A stretch of 64,000 nucleotides of DNA from Felis catus (lineage: Eukaryota), in assembly GCF_018350175.1 (NCBI RefSeq), contig NC_058375.1:202554001-202618000 (forward strand). The letters are read 5' to 3'. The position numbers and the translations under genes were made by a program. The notes beneath the pieces were generated by a model. That model ran no database searches. It worked only from the letters and a program-made list of their open reading frames with translations, and had not been told where the DNA came from. Position 1 is the first letter of the stretch, and the number at the start of each line of letters is the position of its first letter. Below, one piece after another: positions 40,553-51,000 of this stretch.

Positions 40553-42044
40553 CGCGCGCGCACATGCACGCACCAGCGGGGGAAGGGCAGGGAGAGGGAG
40601 ACAGAGAATCCAAAGTGGGCTCCACACTGACTGCAGAGAGCCCAATGTGGGGCTCAAACTCACGGAACCACAAAATCACAACGTGAGCCAAAGTTGCACA
40701 CTCAACTGACTGAGCCACTCAGGCACCCCAATACCCAATTTTTACATCTGGTTCCTTTCACTTAGCGGAACATTTTTGAGGTTCCTTCTTCTTGTGACAT
40801 ATCAATACTTCATTCCTTTTTATTGCTCGTTCTCATTAGAATTCTGTCATATGGCTATATCACATTTTGTTTCTTCATCAGTTGATGGACATTTGAATTG
40901 TCTCCACTTTTTGGCTTTTATGAATAATAATGCAGTGAACATTCATATGGAAGTATTTTTGTGGATATATGTTTTCATTTTTCTTCTGTGGATACCTAGG
41001 ATTGCTGGGTTGGATGGTGATTTATATTCAACATTTTAAGAAACTACTAAACTATTTTCCAAAGCGGCTGCATTATTTAACATTCCCGCCAGCAATGTAT
41101 GAGGGGCCCCATTTCTCCACATTCTTGCCAGCTTGTATTATTGTCTTTTTATCACTGCCACTCTAGTGAGTGTGAAATAATGGCTTATTGTCATTTTAAT
41201 TTGCACTTTGCTAATGACTAATGTGGAGTGTCTTTTCATGTGCTTATTAGCCATTTGTGTATCTTCTTTGGTGAAATAGCTCTTCGGTCCTTTGCTCATT
41301 TGTAAATTGAGNNNNNNNNNNNNNNNNNNNNNNNNNNNNNNNNNNNNNNNNNNNNNNNNNNNNNNNNNNNNNNNNNNNNNNNNNNNNNNNNNNNNNNNNN
41401 NNNNNNNNNNNNNNNNNNNNNNNNNNNNNNNNNNNNNNNNNNNNNNNNNNNNNNNNNNNNNNNNNNNNTTCAATTACCATTTTTTCTTTTTGTGTATTAT
41501 GCTTTTGGTGTTACGTGGAAGACATCTTTTCCAAACCCAGAGTCAGAAAGATTTCCTCCTATGTTTTTTCTAAAAGTTTTTTTTAATGCTTATTTATTTA
41601 TTTTGAAAGAGAGAGAGAGAAAGCACTAGTGGGGGGAGGGGCAGAGAGATGGAGAGAGAGAGAATCCCAAGCAGCCTCTGCGCTGTGCTGTCAGCACGGA
41701 GCCAGATACGGGGCTCCATCCCATGAACTGTGAGATCATGACCTGAGCCAAAATTGAGAGTCAGACACTCAACCGGCTGAGCCACCCAGGCACCCCCATC
41801 TAACTACTCTTTAGCTGTGTGATTCCTGACTCCTTACTTAACCTATCTAGAAGCTTTAGTGTAAAATGGTTAATTGCATTTCCTGCACACGGTTATTGTA
41901 AAGAGTAAATGAGCAAATAAGTGAAAAGATTTAGAAACACTGAATGGCATATGATAAAGCACTTGATGTAAACATTACTCTCTTTTGAAGAGTATCCTTT
42001 TATTTTTTAGAAATTTTTAATTTATTTTTGAGGTGGGGGGACAG

Positions 42045-42076
<32 letters not shown>

Positions 42077-45000
42077 ATCCCAAGCAAGCTCTGCGCTGTC
42101 AGCACAGAACCCGACATGGGGCTCAATCTCACGAAACTGAGATCATGCATGCCCTGAGCTGAAATCAAGAATCGGATGCTTAACTGACTGAGCCACCCAG
42201 GCACCCCTAAAGAGTAACCTTTTAAAGAAAGCCATTTCAAAGTATCATACTGACCCTACTTCGTAGGCTATATGAAAATAAGTGGCAGGCTAGATTTGGC
42301 CTGTAGGTCATACATAGTTAGTCAAGTCCTGATCTAGAGTTGGATGATATTACTTTATCTGTCTGGAGTTGAATGACACTGTTTTGCGTCCATTGTGTTT
42401 AATCTTTGGAAGTGCGTGTGGGCACATACATATGTTTTTTAAAGTTAAAGGCTGGAGAAGGGAGGGAGGAGATAGGAATGGCACTGGGCCTGATGGAGAT
42501 TCTGAGGGAGGTCCCCTGTCCCTTGGTCACCACTGTTGTAAGTCAAGTGACCTGACCATCTATATCTATATTCTTCTTCCTTGTTACTGCTTCCCTTTTT
42601 CTCTATTCTCCTTCTTTGGGCTTTAGAGTCCCAAAGAAAGGAATGAGAACATTGGTCTGCTTTGCCAACTCCTTGGGGACAATTAGTATTTGTGACTCCT
42701 TTTCCCTCTGATAAGATCGATTACTCTCTCTTTCCCTCGTGTCGCCCAGATCCTGAAAGGCATGCTGGAGGGTGCTTCCCACATCCTTCCTGCACTCCGG
42801 GTCTTGAGCAGTCTTCTGTCCAGCTGCAGCGACTCTGTTCTCTTGTACTCCTTCTGTCGTGAGGCAGGGCTCCCCGGGCTGCTGCTCAGCCTGCTCAGAC
42901 ACAGCCAGGACAGCAACAGTATCCAGCAGGTAAGCAGTAGGCCAGTAGCCTTGAAAGACTTCCAGGACTTTCTGCTCCTTGGATTTCTCTTCTTCAAAGT
43001 GCCATCTCTATTCGGCCCACTGCCTTTTCTTTTCTTTCCTCCTCTCCGGTTAGTAGACCACGAGTTGCATACTCCACTGCCTTCTGATGCCAGGCAGATC
43101 CCGTCAGTCAGGGAGGTAGACTCTGTGTGACTGTATGAGAGTAGTGGGGAAGACGACAGACCGGAGATCTTGTGCCCAATCTGAATGGGACATGCCCTCA
43201 GCTTCAGCTCACTGTTGCCACATGAGAACACGGGCCCCGTGTTGCCAGATCTTCCAGTTTTCTAAGAGAAGCTAGAAATCCAGATTTTTATGCTCAATTT
43301 CCCAATATTTAGAGCACTGTGGTTTGGAATATTAAATCCTAGGTTTTAATTGACCTGCTTTTATAGAACAGAGTACTGAAATTCAGGGATTAATCAACTT
43401 ATACACCAGCATTAGCTTGTAAATGGCCACAGGGACAATAAATGGAGGAGGTAAGACAAACAGAGGAGGTAGGCATGAGGCTCAGGGTGTCTGAGGCCAG
43501 ATCTGTGCTACCCCACGCTGCATTCTGCTGTGGCTGAGCTGAGAGGACAGAACACTGAAATGTTTAACGGGAAGCTGCATCCTGCTGGTGAGTGTTAACC
43601 TTGAATGTTTCTAAGGAATTTAGAAAGGAATTTGAGCTATTTGAAAAATAGAGCCTCCTGAACTCCTAAATGCTATTCTGGCCAAGCAAGATACAGGCTG
43701 TTTACAGCCCCCTGGCTGCCCCTTTGTTACCTCTAGATTTCCTCTTTCTGTCCAGAAGCCTCCCTGTTTGGTCAGCCCGACTGGATATCTGACACCTTTT
43801 TCACTGCCTTTTCTCTTCGTCTACATTGCCCTTATTCTCCGTCCTCTTCCCTGGCAGCAATGTTGGTATGGGACCTTCTTACGGCACCTGATGGCTGTGA
43901 TTCAGGCCTATTTTGCCTGCACCTTCAATCTGGAGAGGAGCCAGACAGGTGACAGGTGGGATGAGAGCCAGCTTTGCTCTGTTGGCCACTTTGGCTTCAA
44001 TTTCTACCCCCAATTCTTCCTTCCTCTATTAGGAAGAGGCTAAGTGAGGAGAAAGCAACAGGTTAGGGATCCCCTGATTCTCTTAAGGACCGAGACCACT
44101 CTAAGTTCACCCCAAGACTTTGAGGTTCTAAGGGTCACCATACACTAAACGGAAGGGTCACAATTTAAGTAACGTAGAGAAAATGGCAAAGAAAGGTCTT
44201 GGAGGGTATGTAAGACTCTGTGTGTGTTTAGTGGGGGGAGGGGAAGGAGCATTCTGATACATTCCTTTGCACAGATTCTCCTACCTGCAGAACTGACGTT
44301 TACCACACGTGGGCTTTTAGAGAGATGGGCTATTTTTTCCCAGCCTACAGGTGTTTCAGGAGGCCGCCAACCTCTTTTTGGACCTGTTGGGGAAACTGCT
44401 GGCCCAACCAGATGACTCTGAGCAGACTCTAAGGAGGGATAGCCTTATGGTAATCTGCTCCCTTGTCCAGATTTCTGTCTCTGATATCTTTCCATGTTTC
44501 TCCCTTTCCCTTTCTTATAACTATAGAGGGTTAGATCAAAGTAATAGAACAAACATTTATTGAATACCGACTGTGTGCCTTGTGCCACTTGAGTACGAGA
44601 AGGTCCCCCTTGTCAAGGGACTAGTAGTCTAGTAGGAGAGATGAAAATGATCAAGGACAACAGCATGAAAAGTACGTTAGAACTTGTATAAAACTTGTAT
44701 AAAGTACAGAAGCACCACTGAAGAAGATATGATTAATATTACTTGGGGAGTCATAGAAGAAATCTCGAAGGAAATCATCTTTGCTAGGATTCGAAGAATG
44801 CATAGAAGTTTGCCGGGTGGGTGAGGCAGAAAGTAGGGAGGACATTCTAAGCAGAAAGATCAGCATTTACAAAGGCCCAGAGGCATTAAGGACTGTGGCC
44901 TGTTTCAGAGAACTACAAGTAGAAGTATTTCTTCTTTTTTTTTTAATTTTTTTAATGCTTTTTTAATTCATTTTTGAGAGACAGAGAGAGACAGAGCATG

Positions 45001-48000
45001 AGTGGGGGAGGGGCAAAGAGAGAGAGGGAGACACAGAATCTCACGCAGGCTCCAAGCTCTGAGCTGTCAGCACAGAGCCCAATGAGGGGCTTGAACCCAC
45101 GGACCGTGAGATCATGACCTGAGCCAAAGTCGGATGCTTAACTGACTGAGCCACCCAGGCACCCCTAGAAGTATTTCTTTTTGAAGAGACTTGCAGATGG
45201 ACTAGTATTTCCCAAATGTATTTGCCCTACGACTAGCAAGCTAGTGGGTTCTCGCCCCTGGACTCTGGAAATGAGGGACAGGAGAATAGAAGATGGAATG
45301 AGAAGATAGCGGAGTTCTGACTGATCTCCAAGGAGACACTTAGGGAGGAACCTGAGCAAGGAAATAAACAGTTGCCTAGCCATTGTTCAGACTGGCAATT
45401 GGGAACACAGATCTGGGCTGCATTTCTGCCTCCAGTGAGCAGTCCATTCGAACTCTTCTAGTCTGAGAGCCTATTTTAACCTCCCTCATCCTTTCAAGTC
45501 AGGAAGCTTTCAACGTCTAACCTAAACTTTGGCCATCAGTGACTCACATTATTGGCCAGCATTTGTCATATGTCACTGTGCAGTGAGTGCATAGGAAGTT
45601 TGGAATAAACATCCCACCTCCTGAAATTCTGAATCAGTAAGACTGGGTTGGAAGGGATCCAGGAATCCCCAGGAATTCTCATACTCGTGGACTACAGATA
45701 ACACTTTGAGAAATATCATCTAGGAAGCAGCTGATCAGAGAACAGGATTGATAACCTAAAATTGCCATCCTTGAAATGTGAAGGCAATTAATTATAATGC
45801 ATTTTCTGTGTGAGGAATACTTAGAATGCCACAGCTGGTCCCTCTGGGTTTTCTCCTTTATTCTCAGGTTTTCTGGGGGGGATTCTTGCTCCTTACCCTA
45901 AACCCAGTCAGTTTTCTGCTGCCCTAATGTTAATGCCGCCCTTGTCTCCCTTAGTGCTTTACTGTTCTGTGTGAAGCCATGGATGGGAACAGCCGGACCA
46001 TCTCCAAAGCCTTTTACTCCAGCCTGCTGACTACCCAGCGGGCTGTGCTGGATGGGCTCCTTCATGGCCTGACAGTTCCCCAGCTCCCTTTCCACACACC
46101 CCCAGGTAACCAGAGTAGGGAGCGGAGGTTCTCTTGACTTCTGAGTAACTCCGGCTGTGCCCTCCCGACTGCCATTGCCTCGAAGAGTGCCTGGCATTTA
46201 GTGAGGGCTCAGCAACTAACTGTGCACTGAAAGAATGAATGGGGATCCGAGACAAACAATCAGACCCCACCCTGCGTTCTTTGCTTTTCTCCATAGGAGC
46301 CCCCCAAGTGAGCCAGCCACTACGGGAGCAGAGTGAGGACCTGCCTGGAGCCATGTCCTCTGCACTGGCAGCCATATGCACTGCTCCTGTGGGGCTGCCC
46401 AGCTGCTGGGAAGCCAAGGAGCAGGTCTGAGCTGCAGTTTCTGATTTCCTCTCATCCATGTTGCTGGAGATGAGGCTGGCCTCAGCTTCTCAGAAAGGCA
46501 GAAAAACAAGCATTTTTGCTTCCCCTTACTCTGTACTTCCAGAAACAGATGCTTCCACCTGGGTCTGATAATCTGGCCACTTGTTGAACACGATGTTGCC
46601 AAAATCCCAGAACCCTTGGCCAGCTGGCTAGAGAGCTCATCGACAAACTGCCCATGTGGTAGGGTAGCTGACCCGAAGCCACCTGTGATGCTGCCTCAAG
46701 GGCTCAGGATTTAGATTTCCTGCTCCCTTTTGGCCAGCAACACTTTCCTCTATACCTGTCTCTACTAGGGCTAAACTAGGCCATGACTTTTGGTTCTTCT
46801 TTGGCCATGAAGACTGGGAATAGAATGGGATCTGAGGTTCCTGGTGAACCTGAGGAAGAGTGGCTAGCAAGGGGTTGAGAACCCTGAGTAGTTGGAGATA
46901 TGAGAGGAACAGGATTGGAATATGGGAATGGGGTTGAGGCTTCAAGTATGTCCCTACAGATCTCTCAGCATTTGGCGAATCAGCTCACCGAGGACGACAA
47001 CCAACTGAGACCGTCCCTTATCTCTGGCTTGCGGCATCCCATCCTGTGCCTACACCTTCTCAAGGTACTGCCTGTCCAGAACTCTTGGGACTTCAGATTT
47101 CTTTTTAACCCCCAAGACCAAGAGAGAAAGACACTGAGAGAGACAAGAGACCCCAGAGGGTCCCTTTCTTCTTTTCAGTCTGTTCGACCTGAGATGGCCC
47201 CACTGTTAGCCAGTCCTCACTAGAATAGAGCAGTAGCCCTATCTCACCGTCTTATAGCAAGAAGAGGCGGAAGTTGGCCTGAACTTCTCGAATTGCCCCG
47301 GTGTGGACACTAGATCTGCGGAGAGGCTAGCCTGCTTCTCAGCTGAGCCTTCTGATCCAGGAACCCAGGGGCTGCTCGGCTTCACTGACAGACTGCTTCC
47401 CATTCCTTTAGGTTCTCTACTCATGCTGCCATGTCAGTGAGTGCCTGTGCCATCTGCTAGGGCAAGAGCCCCTGGCCTTGGAGTCACTGTTGATGCTGGT
47501 CCAGGGCAAGGTAGGCCAGGAACACAGGCAGGTATATCGTGGTGGCCCTACTGTCTCAATCAGAAGTTGCTCTGACATCTTTGGTTTCCTTTGTAGGTAA
47601 AGGTAGTAGATTGGGAAGAGTCTACTGAGGTGGCACTCTACCTCCTCTCCCTTCTTGTCCTTCGGCTGCAAGATCTGCCATCTGGGTAAGCCTGAAGTAG
47701 GGTCTGTCCACTGGAATCTTCCCTCCCGATAGCTCACCCTGACGTAGAATATGGGGAATGGCACCTTACAGCCTATCCTCAGAAGGGATGGGGATAGAAG
47801 GGATGGGGATGTTCTCTACACAGAACAGAACAGACCTAGATTCCTACCAACTTTGTGCCTCGGGGCAATGGTCATGCAGCCGTGTGGAGAGTGCCATCCA
47901 GCGGGGAGGGAGGCCACTCCCTAGCCTCCTTTCATTTGGTGCATCCTTTGATGAGTCTTCTTTTTCCAGAATGGAGAAGCTAGGCAATGAGATTGCTACT

Positions 48001-51000
48001 CTCTTTACCCATTCACACGTTGTCTCTCTCGTGGTGAGTTTTCAGTTTTCCCCTCCTTCCCCTTTTCACCCTGCCACCCAGGCCTGCGGGGTGCACGGGC
48101 ATCACTCTCCTCAAGAGGTGGTTATGAGGCATTCTTTTGGGCCAGAGACATAAATCTTCTCTGCCTGTCGTGACTACTGCGCAGATTCAGACATTCCTTC
48201 TCTTCCTCTAATTCCCCAGAGTGCAGCAGCCTGCCTGTTGGGTCAACTTGGTCAGCAAGGGGTGACCTTTGACCTCCAGCCTGTGGAGTGGATTGCCGCA
48301 GCCTCACACGCTCTGTCTGCCCCTGCAGAGGTGAGGTATACCGGAGAGGGCACAGACAACATTTTCACTGAGTCAGACCCAGGACTCCACTTGGGGGCAA
48401 GACTGAAGTGCCAGCTTGGCTGGGGCAAACTAAGCAGTCGTTCCTTTCCTCCCTGTCTGTCCCCAGATGACAGCTTCTCTGAGCCCAGACTGGGCTGGCA
48501 CTTCCAAAGAGGGAAAGAGGGAGGGGGACCCGAGTTACCTACTGGAGGATGAGATCTTCCTGCCTACTTTAGTCTCCTCCCACAGAAGCTCCTGCTCCTG
48601 TTGTTAGGGTCATTTCAAAAGCTTAATCTCTTCCCCTCTGACTACAGTTTGGCTTCCCTGTCCCCCCTCCTTCTCCTTAACTGAAATGGAAAAGGTGGCT
48701 GGCATCCCAAGAACTCTTGAGGAATCCAGTCCATTGTGTAGCCTCCTTTCTGCTTTCTCCTTTTCCGGGCCTTCCCCCCGCCCCCCCCACCGCCTCTCCT
48801 TTTTAGGTACTTTGGAACCCCTATTTCTTTAATTTTGTAATAAGGATAGACTTCGTATTCAAATGATCATCATCCTTATAGATGCAGAATTCTTTATAAT
48901 TTGGAAAGCACCTCACATCTTATCTTACAACACACTTGAAAGAGAGACGCATGAAATGTAATGAGACTCACCTGCTTTTTCTAGATAAAGTTGAACTTCA
49001 GAGAGGTGGTACCAGTAGTGATGACACTCACATTCATCCAGGAGCCCCAGTCAGAAATCTGGGAGTCATCATAGACTGTGTTCTCTGCTCCATTATTCCC
49101 CCATCTAGATGGTTCCCCCAGGTCCCATGTGTTCCGCCTTCCTGTTGTCTCAGATCTTTTTTTACCTGGCACCATCACTGCCCTGCCTTAGTTTGTGTGC
49201 ACACCATCTATCTTGCACTGTGGCGCTTGCCTGCTGAAGGATCTCTATTCTAGGCTCTCTCCTCTCCAGTCTATTCTCTCCACTGCCACCAGGGTGAGCT
49301 TTCTTAAAAGTCTAGTCATTTGTTCAAGTATTTAGCACAGAAGTATCTATTGAGTACCGAACGCTATTCTGGGTTCTGAGACTACAGCAGTGAGTAACAG
49401 ACGAAAATCTTGCCCAGGTGGAGCTTGTGGAGCTCAGTGGCTTCCCATTGCTTCCGGGATAAAGTCCAGACTCCTTTACCTTCTCCTCAAAGCTCATCTG
49501 TTACCTCTGGGCTCTATAATCCTGCTCTACCAGGAGTTACCACTTCCAAAATTCACTATCATTTTTCATGACCTGCCTTCATTTATGCTACAAGGAATGC
49601 TGTCCCTTCCTACCACCTCCTTCTCTTGACTGCTTTTTGAACTTTTAATTCATCGGTGTTCTACCTCCAGAAGGCAGAGTTAGGCACTCTCAACTGTGTC
49701 TCCACCCCCACCCCAACCCCAGCCTCTTGTGTGGCAAGTGTCTTCCGACCCTACCAGATGATGTGTCTTTAGAGCAGAGGTAGTCATTGAATGAGTAGTC
49801 AGGAACCAGGACTTGTGTAAGTCCAGGAGAGCTTTCCCCACTACACCAGGCAGAGGACAAGCTCTTTCTGCCTGACCAGGAGTTGCAGGCATGGGTTTGT
49901 GAGGCCCCTTCATCTCTCTTGGGGATCTTGCATTCTTCCTGCCTCTCTCTGTCAGGTCCGGCTGACTCCACCAGGTGGCTGTGGATTCTATGACGGCCTC
50001 CTCATCCTGCTGCTGCAGCTTCTCACCCAGGTACAGGTGCATCCTAGGTTGGATGGGAAGGCAGGAAAGACAAGCTAGGCATTTTGATGAACCGCTAGAC
50101 GATAGGAATGAAGAAGCAACCCACACGTGCCTCTTCTGTCAAATATGGTGGCCGTGATTACCTTCAAAAGGGCCCCCCCCTGCCCTCATTGTGGACCCTT
50201 TCTGGGGAATCCCAGCTGCATCCCAGGATTCAGTGGGGAGGAGAGCTGTAATTCCCTGGTTTCTAGCAGACACTTGAGTGGGTTAAGATGTGATAAGAAA
50301 GGCAACTAAGACAACAGGGAAATCCCACGTTGTTGGGAAAACAGAGGAATTATTTCTGGGACTCCCTTCCCTTAGAGGTCAGGGATAAGAGTGAAAAAAA
50401 AGAAAAGAAAAGAAAAAGGCATTGTGATACCTGACTTTGACTTCCCTACCCACCCTCCTTCAATTTCATCTCCAGCCAGGGAAGGGTAGCCTGATAAGGG
50501 ACGTGGCTAGCTCAGAAATGTGGACCATTCTATGGCACCGCTTCTCCATGGCTCTAAGGCTCCCCGAGGAGGTGTCTCCACAGGAATCACAGCCATCACA
50601 AAGCCCAGAGCCAGACTGGACGCTGATCTCACCCCAAGGTATCTTTCCATAAGCATGGCCTCCTTTGATCCTTTTCAAGAGGAGGCAGCCTAGAACTGGG
50701 TTAGCCCACAGAGATTGCAGCCGCTGCCCCCTGGGGAGAGGATGGCACAGACTGTGCTGGATGTGAAGGGGACTAAATAGGTGGGGGCCCTGGAGAAGCT
50801 GGAGCATCCGGGGCCCTTCCTGCACCACTGGGTCTCCATTCTTGGTGTTTCCAGGCATGGCAGCCCTGCTGAGCCTGGCCGTGGCCACCTTCACCCAGGA
50901 GCCCCAGTTATGCCTGAGCCACCTGTCTCAACGTGGAAGTATCCTCATGACCACCCTGAAGCACCTGCTTTCCCCCAGCTTCCTGCGTCAGCTGGGCCAG

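Larger units (their letters stand above)
38937..42331 (+). mobile_element. MER58-like hAT element split into 38937-39220 and about 42210-42331
   Basis: TIR-like ends caggggtcagcagact / agttagtcaagtcctg, 8-bp flanks acctagag / atctagag, MER58-like internal sequence. Confidence 0.6.
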
